Assembly: GCA_964544915.1 (NCBI GenBank)
Contig: CAZJDY010000020.1
Coordinates: forward strand, 4,843 to 68,842
Reading direction: 5' to 3'
Source: an uncultured Methanomassiliicoccaceae archaeon
GTDB taxonomy: Archaea > Thermoplasmatota > Thermoplasmata > Methanomassiliicoccales > JACIVX01
Length of the DNA: 64,000 nucleotides
Both the position numbers and the translations under genes were made by a program. The notes below the pieces were generated by a model. That model had not been told where the DNA came from. It was given only the letters and a program-made list of their open reading frames with translations, and made no database searches. Each line of letters begins with the position of its first letter. The stretch's first letter is position 1. Below are positions 10,401-18,445 of this stretch, piece after piece.

Positions 10401-12843
10401 GCAGGAGCTCGCCGAAGCTCTGGGCGTCAGCACAGAAAGGGTCGCTAGATCCCTGCGCAATCTCGAATCCGCGTTCCTCGTCGGGAGGGTCGCACACCGG
10501 GACGGCCGATGGTTCTTCAGGCAAAGGGCGATCGAGGATAAGGGAAGACAGGCGTCCCTCGAGAGAGCGATATGCAAGTGCCTGGAAGGTTTCTCTCCGT
10601 CCACAGCGGACGAGATCTCGTTCGCGCTCGGCGTGCCCGATGCCGAAGTGAGGGACGCCGTCTTCTCCCTTGTGAGAGAGGGAATGCTCGCCGAGGGCAT
10701 GTTCCTCGTGTCCGAACACAAGCAGTACATGCTGAGGAAGGACCGCCTGAGGCTCAAGAGCCAGAATTCCGATTCCTATGATCTTCGTACGGTAGAGGTC
10801 TATCGGAGGTCGAAGACCCGGGGCCCATTCTCTTCCATAGAGGATTGCATAAGGTTCCTCGGTTCCGTCGGCGACCCGCTCGACCTCTTCCACCGGGTTC
10901 GGGGCTTCGACATTGAGGATTGGGAGAGGCTCAGGAGGGGCGGGAAGGTCCTTCTTGGAAGGTTCCTGAGGGGGCGCGTCCGCTACGTCCTTGCGGAGGA
11001 TGCCCCGATGTACGTGTCCGCGTACAGGATGGGCGCCCCGGTCGGTATGGACAAGACGATTCTCGATTTCATCAGACAGAACGACGCGCTCGGCCTGCTG
11101 CAACTTCGGCAGATGACCGGCATCCCAAAGGAGCAACTGAAGTCGGGTCTGGACCGACTCGACCGCAGCATGTATGTCGTCAGGAAGTTCGAGCACAGGG
11201 AGGAGTGGTCGCGGGAGAACATTTACGAACCCTATGACGCACCAGTGTACGGAGGCGATCCGAGGCAGGATGTCGTCCGCAGGTTCATCAGGACTAACGG
11301 CCCGGTCCCGATATTCGCAGTGACAGCTTACACAGGTTTCTCTCTAGACGAGGTTCGCGAGAGGATGCGGCTGCTGGATATTAGGAGCATATCGGTCGGG
11401 GAAGGCCAGGTCGAGATGTACATGATGGCGGACGAGGTCGACAGTCTTCAGTCGCCACAAGAATCCGAAAGGAGGATGCGGGTGCTATCGATGTTCGATC
11501 CCGACGTGCAGCCTCTCCGGTCCGAAATCGCTTCGAGATATGGGGACGGGCTGGTCTACCCGATCATGTCGGACGGCGTGCTCGTCGGTGCCGCCGAGAA
11601 ATGGAACATGAGCGGCTGCATCGAGGCGCGCGGACTCGACCTTGAGGACCCGTCTCTTCTGCCTGACGCCTTGGAGGCGCTGGATGGAATGATGAGTTTC
11701 TACAAGATGCTCGGCTACGACATCCTGAGGGTGAAGGAGGTGCTCGGGAAGAGCGTGGAGGAGATCGGAGGCGCTCTCGCTGATGTGCTGGCCAAGGCGG
11801 GATACCATCGCATCGGAGCCGCGTTCATAAAGGGGGATTTCGTCCCGAAATCGTTCTCGCAGGAGGACGTGCTCGGCTACGTTCTCTGGCGGCAGGCGAT
11901 TCCAGAGGACAGGAAGTTCGAGAATGTGCTGGAAGGGGTCAAACAGACCGGCGGCTTCCGGTCCGATTCCGCCGCCTACCTCCGTTGCAAGGTCAAGGTT
12001 CCCGTGAAGAAGCTGTTCGAACAGGGGACGTTGGTGCGCGTGCAGGCAATCCCCGAGTTCCTGACGTATACGACAATCGAGCATGCGAGTCTATACCGCA
12101 AGGCAAAGAGCGTGCAGATGAGCGAGGACATGAGATCGCTGATTAGAATACTCGAGGATCGAAAACAGATATCGAGAGACGAGCTGTATGCCCTGTCCCT
12201 GGTCGGCCACGGGAGGACCCATGAAGCGCTTCGCGAGCTGTACATGGGGTCAGCGGTGTATTTTGACCGCGCAAGGAATGTTCGTCTCGTTCCGGACTCC
12301 AGCATGAGCACGAGGGAAGCTCGGACCGGACTATTCAGATTGCTGTTCCGCAATTACGGCATGTTCGCTGCAGAGGAGATCGTCCGTTTCATCAAGTACC
12401 GGATTCCGATGAAGGAGGTCAGAGAGATACTGGCTGACCTGGAGAAGGAAGGCCTGTTGGTCAAAGGCTACTTCGTCGAGGAGGACGAGACACTCCGCTG
12501 GATGCTCAAGGAGGATTTGGACAGGATCGGCTTGGATTTCGAGGACAAGTTCGTACTTACCACCGACGACAACCTTCAATCCTACCTCCTTCCGCTCATA
12601 AGGGCGAAGTTCGGCAACAGGTCCGTGATATTTGAAGGGCGGCAGATGATTGGTGCGTTCAAGGGCAGGCCGAGAGGCAAGGACATGTACATAGACGAGT
12701 TCGTCGGCGACCGGAAGGCCAGGGCCGTGCTGAGCCAGCATTTGAGGACGATGGGCCTGACGCTTAGGAAGATCGGGGGTCATACCATCCCGGACTGGGA
12801 GGTCCAGGAGTTCTACGAGAAGACGCACCCTGGCGAGACCTGA
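7477..12843 (+). CDS. lhr: Long-form Lhr-family superfamily-2 DNA helicase (1788 aa)
   Basis: Motif I SSPTGSGKT, motif II VDEVHE, motif VI QRVGRSGH, and an Lhr-type DEAD-associated region (TYEFVRSRGMSVYV). About 900 further residues follow, with winged-helix-like segments. Confidence 0.85.
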   Translation: MERVTEAYSKKEVMSLMEPLVAEWFSGKFEGLTEPQSFAIPLIHKKENVLVSSPTGSGKTLTAFLSIINELLKYAKDGKLEDRVYAVYVSPLKALANDINRNLKEPLSEMKSLSEKKGIPFPEIRVGVRSGDTSQAERQKMLRKPPHIFITTPESLALVLAAPRFKEKFTRVEWAIVDEVHEICDSKRGVFLSLTLERLQDYCTRRFVRIGLSATLAPIEEIAAFLVGFEDGKQRDVRIVDVRSPKNLDLEVLCPTEDTTTLPYEIVNSKMYDMLADMIREHTTTLVFTNTRSGTESVVYKLKERGLESIEAHHGSLSKETRLDVEDRLKRSELKCVVSSTSLELGIDIGSIDLVCQIGSPKSVAKGLQRVGRSGHGYLQTSKGRMIVFDNDDLVECAVLCRAAHQNKIDRVGIPQNCLDVLAQSIVGMSIESRWKADDAFRLVRRSYCYRGLPKELYLDVLRYLGSKDAFEGVYSKIWYDEEEGTFGRKRGARMIYFLNLGTIPEEANYKVYAERGAMIGDLSEKFVERLSPRDIFVLGGRTYEFVRSRGMSVYVKTASGKKPTVPSWTGEMLPRSFDLSMEVAKFRGEMAARLKEDENRTLECLCDDFDIDHGSARSILSYFEEQQSTCGMIPTSKSLVIEGYVDLTGNHNVIFHFPFGRRVNDALSRAYAFQLTQQLGSNVSVSVTDDTFMISVPRSIELRGLDKLISSSDLESLLRRALKDSEIFKQRFRHTAARSFMILRNYKGREVSVNRQQIRSSYLLDTLRSVERVPVIEETYREILEDVMDLQDATLVLKMIESGEMAVEFVDFSSIPSPFAHNVVLAGISDVVLMEDRSSLLRELHRKILSKVMASDLSEFEFEEQKVTAYFRKKIGRIEGKEDILRILKMIGPMRVFKERARSVYPYSSRDKRVVDGWAEELLAEGKIASVFSDDLYFVSSEDLPTYATLFRKKRTLGETDNRVLDLLDRERSSQELAEALGVSTERVARSLRNLESAFLVGRVAHRDGRWFFRQRAIEDKGRQASLERAICKCLEGFSPSTADEISFALGVPDAEVRDAVFSLVREGMLAEGMFLVSEHKQYMLRKDRLRLKSQNSDSYDLRTVEVYRRSKTRGPFSSIEDCIRFLGSVGDPLDLFHRVRGFDIEDWERLRRGGKVLLGRFLRGRVRYVLAEDAPMYVSAYRMGAPVGMDKTILDFIRQNDALGLLQLRQMTGIPKEQLKSGLDRLDRSMYVVRKFEHREEWSRENIYEPYDAPVYGGDPRQDVVRRFIRTNGPVPIFAVTAYTGFSLDEVRERMRLLDIRSISVGEGQVEMYMMADEVDSLQSPQESERRMRVLSMFDPDVQPLRSEIASRYGDGLVYPIMSDGVLVGAAEKWNMSGCIEARGLDLEDPSLLPDALEALDGMMSFYKMLGYDILRVKEVLGKSVEEIGGALADVLAKAGYHRIGAAFIKGDFVPKSFSQEDVLGYVLWRQAIPEDRKFENVLEGVKQTGGFRSDSAAYLRCKVKVPVKKLFEQGTLVRVQAIPEFLTYTTIEHASLYRKAKSVQMSEDMRSLIRILEDRKQISRDELYALSLVGHGRTHEALRELYMGSAVYFDRARNVRLVPDSSMSTREARTGLFRLLFRNYGMFAAEEIVRFIKYRIPMKEVREILADLEKEGLLVKGYFVEEDETLRWMLKEDLDRIGLDFEDKFVLTTDDNLQSYLLPLIRAKFGNRSVIFEGRQMIGAFKGRPRGKDMYIDEFVGDRKARAVLSQHLRTMGLTLRKIGGHTIPDWEVQEFYEKTHPGET

Positions 12844-12844
12844 C

Positions 12845-13621
12845 TCACTTCTTCCTTCTCAATATCAGTTCCGCCACCTTCTTTCCAGAGAGTAACATGC
12901 CTCCGAAAATAGGCCCCATCCTAGGGGCGCCCATGACCGCGTTGCAGGCCATTCCAGTGACGTAGAGGTTTGGGAATACTTCGACCGTGTTCTTGACCGT
13001 CATCTTCTCCCCGACCTCCGCCCACATGCTCCTCTCGCCCTCTATCTTGCCGGACGGGGTCCTGAGCCTGCCTGCTTTGGCCTGCACAACCCTGCAGACC
13101 TCTGCGGCGTGGCCGGTTGCGTCGATGACGTATTTCGACCTGATGGTAACGGGGTCGACATGCATGCCTGCCACGTTGACAGCGCTCCAATTAATGACGA
13201 CGCCGGTCACCTTCGAATCCCGCATCATGACGTCCTCCACCGTGATGGCGTTGTACAATCTGGCACCTGCATCTATCGCAGAGGCGATGAGCTTCGCCGA
13301 GGCCTCGACAGAGTCAGCGGTGTAGTATCCGGCCCCCTCGTCTGTCAGGTTCACTCCGATCTCCTCCAGGAGGGATCTCGATTCCTCCTGCACGACAATC
13401 ACCGGGAATGTCATTCCGCCTCCCCACATTCCCCCTCCGGGGGAGAGCTTCCTCTCGAAGATGACGACCTTCTTGCCGGCCTTCGCCAGATATCGCGCCG
13501 CGGTCAAGGAAGAAGGCCCAGCACCCGCAATCACAACGTCCACGTCCAGGTTCTCAAGGAACTCCCTCGAGAATCGCTCCACGATTCTCTTTGTGACCAT
13601 GACTTCGTCGATTGGCATCAT
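12845..13621 (-). CDS. thi4: Thiamine thiazole synthase Thi4 (archaeal, non-suicidal type)
   Basis: Dinucleotide-binding VVIAGAGPSSLTAA and ERKLSPGGGMWGGGM. The active-site region reads IDATGHAAEV, with His and no Cys at the yeast Cys205-equivalent position. Confidence 0.9.
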   Translation of the reverse strand: MMPIDEVMVTKRIVERFSREFLENLDVDVVIAGAGPSSLTAARYLAKAGKKVVIFERKLSPGGGMWGGGMTFPVIVVQEESRSLLEEIGVNLTDEGAGYYTADSVEASAKLIASAIDAGARLYNAITVEDVMMRDSKVTGVVINWSAVNVAGMHVDPVTIRSKYVIDATGHAAEVCRVVQAKAGRLRTPSGKIEGERSMWAEVGEKMTVKNTVEVFPNLYVTGMACNAVMGAPRMGPIFGGMLLSGKKVAELILRRKK

Positions 13622-13814
13622 ATCGCCTCTGGGTTTCCCTCAAGGGGACGAACGATAACACCTGTTCCGACTTAAGAATCTGTTGTCCTCGTTTGTCTTG
13701 GTTGCTCCTGCCCCCCTCATCAGCAGCAGAGAAATGGCAAGATCTACGAAGGCATCAAAAGAAGCGCGCTGGATAGTCGACTCGTTCGGAGTTCACGTTG
13801 TTGGCATTATAACC

Positions 13815-13824
13815 TTTTAATATT
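13815..13824 (+). promoter_or_regulatory. TATA-box-like element for the 13846 gene (leaderless spacing)
   Basis: TTTTAATATT is centred about 26 nt upstream of the ATG at 13846. Confidence 0.4.
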
Positions 13825-13845
13825 GTTAAGTCTTATTCTCTCTCC

Positions 13846-14220
13846 ATGAAGATTCCATGCGAGCTGATCGTGTGGTACGTCCTTCCCTCTATCCGCCGGG
13901 AGTTGGCAAGAGAGCTCGTGGAGAAGCACGGCCTTACCCAGGCAGAGGTGGCAAGGCGCTTCGGGGTGACAGACGCCGCGATATCTCAGTACCTGAAGTT
14001 AAAGCGGGGTACGAGCAGGGAGATGGAAGCCAGCGGGAAGTACGAGGACTTCAAGAAAGAGGTAGAGCGCGCAGCCTCCAGGATCACCAATGGCTCCGAT
14101 ATCGTGACGGAGACATGCAGGATCTGCGAGATGGTCAAGAAGAGCGGGATGCTTGTCTCCATTTACGAGACCCACACAGGCCTCAAGGCGCCTCTGTGCG
14201 TCTGCCCTCAGATGGAGTGA
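13846..14220 (+). CDS. Archaeal HTH transcriptional regulator (COG2522-like) with C-terminal Cys motifs
   Basis: N-terminus MKIPCELIVWYVLPSIRRELARELVEKHGLTQAEVARRFGVTDAAISQYL contains a helix-turn-helix. The C-terminus carries CRICE and CVCP. Confidence 0.7.
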   Translation: MKIPCELIVWYVLPSIRRELARELVEKHGLTQAEVARRFGVTDAAISQYLKLKRGTSREMEASGKYEDFKKEVERAASRITNGSDIVTETCRICEMVKKSGMLVSIYETHTGLKAPLCVCPQME

Positions 14221-14228
14221 TATCCCGT

Positions 14229-15035
14229 TCAAACGTCTTTCTTCGTTCTCGCCTCTGAGATGTAGATGTACTCTTGCGCATAACCTGCGTATCTTCCGAA
14301 GCAGGTCCGCCCGAACTCGCTGACTTTCTTGTAGCTGCCCCTCGCGCCGTACACATTCTCCATGGCCCGCTTTATCCTGACATCGATTGGAAAAGCCTCG
14401 AGTTGATCGAGGCTGAAGAGCGCGATACAGTCGGCCACCTTGTCCCCGACCCCTTCGAACCGTTTGAGAGTGGTCACGCAGTCCTCGTATTTCTCATGCT
14501 TCAATCCCTCGAAGTCCAGGTCCGCACAGTGCACCCTCCTGGCGAATTTCACGAACCTGTTGCAACGGAAACCGAGATTGCAGTGCATCGCCCTTTGCTC
14601 GTTCTCCAATATCTCCTCCGGACGGGGGAAGGAGTACAGGTCGTCCGATAACTCACGGCCGAACTTCTTGCAGAGGTTTTCGATCATGCCCTCGATCCGG
14701 GGTATGCTCGCATACGTCGCGAGAGTGTAGGAAGCGGCGCACTCCCAAGGGTCCTGTCTGATCAATCTGAGCCCCTCGAACCTCTTGACCAGATCGGACA
14801 TGTAGTCGTCCTTCGATATCTCGCGGATGATCCCATCGAGGTCGTCGTCAGCCCTGAAAAAAGAGAGGAGGAGACTCTCTGGAATCCTTCCGACGGCCTC
14901 GATTCCGGCCCCGTTCTGCTTCAGCTTCACGACCCGGTCGGCGAGGACTCCCTTCCACCAGCCATGCTCCTTCCTCCACCTGAAGACCTGGCCGCAACCA
15001 AGGGTCCGGTCCAGGTTCAAGCGCCCAAAATTCAT
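14229..15035 (-). CDS. ogg: 8-oxoguanine DNA glycosylase (HhH-GPD superfamily, Ogg-type)
   Basis: The HhH-GPD hallmark FEGVGDKVADCIALF is followed by AFPIDVRIKR, and there is an OGG_N-like N-terminus (LGCGQVFRW). ATG at 15035 overlaps the upstream stop (ATGA). The longer 438-aa ORF is an out-of-frame read-through of the methyltransferase. Confidence 0.85.
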   Translation of the reverse strand: MNFGRLNLDRTLGCGQVFRWRKEHGWWKGVLADRVVKLKQNGAGIEAVGRIPESLLLSFFRADDDLDGIIREISKDDYMSDLVKRFEGLRLIRQDPWECAASYTLATYASIPRIEGMIENLCKKFGRELSDDLYSFPRPEEILENEQRAMHCNLGFRCNRFVKFARRVHCADLDFEGLKHEKYEDCVTTLKRFEGVGDKVADCIALFSLDQLEAFPIDVRIKRAMENVYGARGSYKKVSEFGRTCFGRYAGYAQEYIYISEARTKKDV

Positions 15036-15802
15036 CTCGCCTTCCTTGCCACGTAGATCATGAAGTCGCTCGTCTTCTTGAACGAGCTGAAGTCGTAATC
15101 GCCGTACACTTCCAGGACGTCGAACCCGCATCTCTTCAGGAGGTCCATGGCCTCTCTGTGGAACAGATATCGGAGCGTGAATGTCGTCGTAACCCTCCTC
15201 AGCTGGCGGTCCTGTCTCGAGATATCGTAGAAGTAATGAACGGTCGTGCGCTGGGACGGCTGGTCGAAGGTCTGGCATTCGAACTTCGATATGATCTCCC
15301 CCTGGGCGGTCAACTTCGTCCCGTTGTGGCGGACGACCCCCTCCAGTCTGTCGAGTTTCGGGTTGAAGACGCTCATGCTGAGAAGCCCGTCGCCCGTCAA
15401 ATGCTTCCACACGTTCTTCAGGGCCGCCTCTTGGTCCCCGGTCTCCAGGAGATGCAGGAAGGAGTTGAAAGGGATGATCGTCAGTTTGAACCGCCTCTTC
15501 GTCTTGAAGGTCCTGATGTCGTCGTGCATCACGTCTATCTTGCATTGTGTCTCGTCGTCTAGGAGCTCGAGCTTGGCGGTAAGACAGTCGAGCATCGCGG
15601 CGCTTCTGTCGACGCCGGTGATCTCATATCCCTTCCTTGCCAACGGAATCAGTATCCTGCCGGTCCCGCACATGCATTCCAGTATAGGAGAGCCAGTGGT
15701 CTCTGCGAGCTGCCTGTAGAACCCTACGTCCTCGGTGAGTTCCTCGGCCCAGATGTCATAGTATTTCGCCGACACCTCGTATTCGTCCAGGCTCTCCTTC
15801 AC
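15032..15802 (-). CDS. Class I SAM-dependent methyltransferase
   Basis: Motif I ILECMCGTGRILIPLA and motif II-like DVMHDD. The start is uncertain. GTG at 15802 lies 5 nt after the upstream stop, while ATGs at 15862/15892 would overlap the upstream gene. Confidence 0.75.
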   Translation of the reverse strand: MKESLDEYEVSAKYYDIWAEELTEDVGFYRQLAETTGSPILECMCGTGRILIPLARKGYEITGVDRSAAMLDCLTAKLELLDDETQCKIDVMHDDIRTFKTKRRFKLTIIPFNSFLHLLETGDQEAALKNVWKHLTGDGLLSMSVFNPKLDRLEGVVRHNGTKLTAQGEIISKFECQTFDQPSQRTTVHYFYDISRQDRQLRRVTTTFTLRYLFHREAMDLLKRCGFDVLEVYGDYDFSSFKKTSDFMIYVARKAR

Positions 15803-15806
15803 ATTC

Positions 15807-16289
15807 TCATCGCTTGTAGCCGAACTTGCGGAGCAGTTCCCTTCTTTTCTTGAGATCCTCATCCTTCTCAACTCCAAGTGGGGTCTGTCCATCGATCACA
15901 CCGACGACCCCGCGACCCCTCTGGGTCTCTGCGACGAGCACTTCCACATCATTCGCTGTAGCACAGAATATGCTGCAGACCTCTGGCACGTCTCTTATGC
16001 TCTTGAGTACATTGATTGGGTAGGCATTCCTAATCATCAGGAAGAAGGTGTGGCCGGCTCCTACCATCGTCGCGTTCTTCGCGGCGCATGCCTTCAACTC
16101 GTCGTCGTTGCCCTCCACCCTCACGAGTCTGTCAGAAGAGGCCTCGCAGAAAGCGACTCCGAACTTGATGCCGGGAACGGCATTCACCATCGCCTCATAG
16201 AGGTCCTCTGCGGTCTTTATGAAGTTGGACTGGCCCACAATGACGTTCACGTCCGAAGGTTTATCGATAAGCACAGGCTCTGTCTTCAT
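15807..16289 (-). CDS. Adenosine-specific kinase family (Adenosine_kin) protein
   Basis: GQSNFIKTAEDLYEAMVNAVPGIKFGVAFCEASSDRLVR...GAGHTF...YPINVLKSIRDVPEVCSIFCATAN matches the remembered family pattern. Confidence 0.75.
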   Translation of the reverse strand: MKTEPVLIDKPSDVNVIVGQSNFIKTAEDLYEAMVNAVPGIKFGVAFCEASSDRLVRVEGNDDELKACAAKNATMVGAGHTFFLMIRNAYPINVLKSIRDVPEVCSIFCATANDVEVLVAETQRGRGVVGVIDGQTPLGVEKDEDLKKRRELLRKFGYKR

Positions 16290-16434
16290 TCCCTGCCCCC
16301 AATCACGTAGAACATCTTCACTGATAGATAATCTTTGCAGACCGACCTCACAGGTCCCTCTGACCAGGCCTTGGAGGGCACAAGAGAGGAGAACCGGTCA
16401 AGAGTTAATAATCATAGAGTCAATCACTCGTAGC

Positions 16435-17241
16435 GTGTTCTACTTCGGACCCGCAGGCTACCCCGAGGGGAGCAAGAACCCGATTGACGCTCTGGAGAGA
16501 GTGCGCAAGCTGGGACTGGACGCGCTGGAAGTGGAGTTCGTTCGCCAGGTGAGAATGGAGGAGAGCAAGGCCAAGAACATCGGCTTGAAGGCTGAGGAAC
16601 TGGGCATTCTACTTAGCGCCCACGCTCCGTACTACGTCAACTTCAACTCCTCCAACAGAACGACCGTGAGGAAGAGCGTGGAGTGGGTCGTCAAGACGGC
16701 GAGGATCGCCGACCTGATGGGGGCCTGGGTCATCGTCATCCACGCCGCGTCATACTCCAGGAAGAGCCCGAACGCCGCGACCAAAGCCGTGATCAGGGGT
16801 ATGAAGAGATGCAGGGAGACGATGGAGGAAGAAAGCCTTCGGCCGATGCTAGGTCTGGAGACCATGGGGAGGAAGGGGACCTGGGGAACGCTGAGGGAAA
16901 TAGGGGTTGTGATGGAGGAGGTGGAGAGGGTAGTGCCGGTCTTGGACTTCGGCCATCTTCACGCGAGGGACGGCGGGCGTTTCAGGTCCGTCACCGACTT
17001 CCAGGAGGTAATGGACGAGCTCGAATCGATCTACGGTGGGCGTATGCACTTCCACTTCAGTTGCATCGAATACACTGAGGCCGGGGAGAGTAGGCACCTC
17101 CCCCTCGAAGCGAAGGAGCCTGACTTTTCGCTCTTGGCAGAGGCGCTACGTCCGCTGCGGAAGAGCGTCACGATCATCAGCGAGACCCCGCTGCCTGAGG
17201 AGGATGCGGTGAGGATGAAGGGGATGTTGGCCCCGTTCTGA
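16435..17241 (+). CDS. Endonuclease IV-like / xylose-isomerase-like TIM-barrel protein (AP endonuclease family 2)
   Basis: Metal-ligand-like motifs SAHAPYYVNF, VIHAASY, LETMG, LDFGHLHAR and HFHFS. GTG at 16435 lies about 25-30 nt downstream of the TATA-like TTAATAATCATA. The upstream part of the 340-aa ORF overlaps the divergent gene. Confidence 0.7.
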   Translation: MFYFGPAGYPEGSKNPIDALERVRKLGLDALEVEFVRQVRMEESKAKNIGLKAEELGILLSAHAPYYVNFNSSNRTTVRKSVEWVVKTARIADLMGAWVIVIHAASYSRKSPNAATKAVIRGMKRCRETMEEESLRPMLGLETMGRKGTWGTLREIGVVMEEVERVVPVLDFGHLHARDGGRFRSVTDFQEVMDELESIYGGRMHFHFSCIEYTEAGESRHLPLEAKEPDFSLLAEALRPLRKSVTIISETPLPEEDAVRMKGMLAPF

Positions 17242-17306
17242 CATCTAATGCCACAGTCCTTGGATAACGACAACTATATATTTCTAAGTCAATTAGTGGC
17301 CCAGCA

Positions 17307-18440
17307 GTGGGTGGTCTGTTGGTCGCCGGTCGCCCTTCGGATGAAAACAAAGGTTCGGGTGGGGAGCTTGAATTCGACTGCCCGGAATGCGGGACGCATA
17401 TTGTAGGCGAGATTTCAAAGTGCCCGAAGTGTGGCGTCGAGTTCGTGATAGAGGAGGTCTCGGAATTCGAGTGCCCGGAATGTGGGACCATCGTTCCGGC
17501 CGACAGCACCAAGTGCCCCAAGTGCGGTGCGGTTTTTGAAATGGAGGTTGCACCGGGATCCGTTGCAGAAACCGAGGAGACACCTTCTGTCGTGCCCGAG
17601 GCCGTGATAGCAGCCGCACCGGCCCTCGAGGCCGCAATACCTGAGCCGGGTCGAGCAGTGCCTGCGGAGACACCTGAGGAAATCGAGCTTCGCAAGCAGT
17701 TCCCTCTGCTGGTCGAGGAGGTAAAACCCCTTCTATCCCTGGCGACGGAGTATGGAATCGATGCCGCAGAGGGAAGGCGATACATAGACAAGGCGGTTAG
17801 GGCCGGCAGGCAGAGGGACGTCGTCTCGGCCGTCAAGTTCGTGAAGCACTGCCTCGAGAGCGTGAGGTCCGCGATTGACGAACGGATAACCCGGGACTTG
17901 GATTACCTGGATAAGCTCGCGGAGATTGCGAAGAAGACAGGTTCGGACCCGATCATGATCCTTCAGGCCATGGCGAACGTGAAGGCTAAGAATGAGACTA
18001 CGGACGTCGCCGGAGCGCTTGCGGAGGCGAAGGCGGGAAGGACCGAGGCGGAGAGGATCACCGGGAAGTACATCGAGGCCAACGAGATCTGCGACGCGCT
18101 CGAGAGGTTGATGCAGAACTCCGAGAGATTCTACATCGACGTGCGCGATGCGAGAAAGCTCCTGAACGAGGCCAGGGACGCAGGACAGCATGGCGATTGG
18201 AGTATGATGGGGATATTGGCTCGGAAGGGAAGGGAAGAACTCTCTTCCTCATTGCCGGATGTGCTCAAGGGAGAGCTCAAGAAGGCGAAGGGCGCGTTGC
18301 TGGATGCGAAGGCGGAAGGCAAGGAAGTCTCAGCGTTGGTCAAGATCTTGAAGGATGCCGGAGTGGCGTTCAAGCAAGGGGATCAGGAAGAAGCGCTCGA
18401 GCGTCTAATCGAGTTCAAGACAGAGGTCAGGCATCTGTAA
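17307..18440 (+). CDS. Double zinc-ribbon protein with a Pro/Ala/Glu linker and a C-terminal helical-repeat domain
   Basis: Two ribbons are present: CPECGTHIVGEISKCPKCG and CPECGTIVPADSTKCPKCG. About four degenerate helical repeats follow, of the type (G/Y).D......L..A..AG...D...A. The start is GTG or TTG, with no in-frame ATG nearby. Confidence 0.6.
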   Translation: MGGLLVAGRPSDENKGSGGELEFDCPECGTHIVGEISKCPKCGVEFVIEEVSEFECPECGTIVPADSTKCPKCGAVFEMEVAPGSVAETEETPSVVPEAVIAAAPALEAAIPEPGRAVPAETPEEIELRKQFPLLVEEVKPLLSLATEYGIDAAEGRRYIDKAVRAGRQRDVVSAVKFVKHCLESVRSAIDERITRDLDYLDKLAEIAKKTGSDPIMILQAMANVKAKNETTDVAGALAEAKAGRTEAERITGKYIEANEICDALERLMQNSERFYIDVRDARKLLNEARDAGQHGDWSMMGILARKGREELSSSLPDVLKGELKKAKGALLDAKAEGKEVSALVKILKDAGVAFKQGDQEEALERLIEFKTEVRHL

Positions 18441-18445
18441 TTCTC

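Noticed and set aside
13622-13760. Possible TPP riboswitch upstream of thi4, and likewise upstream of thiC.
   Set aside because: Reading the minus strand I found no CUGAGA or ACCUGAUC...GCCAGCG-type aptamer core. The segment CUUGAGGGAAACCC abuts the start codon, leaving no room for the rest of the aptamer. A covariance-model scan would be needed for certainty.
15036-15545. N-terminal 170 aa of the 438-aa ORF 14229-15545(-).
   Set aside because: This part overlaps the SAM methyltransferase in another frame and has a low-complexity R/P/G/E composition. The Ogg homology begins exactly at the ATG at 15035, which overlaps the methyltransferase stop.
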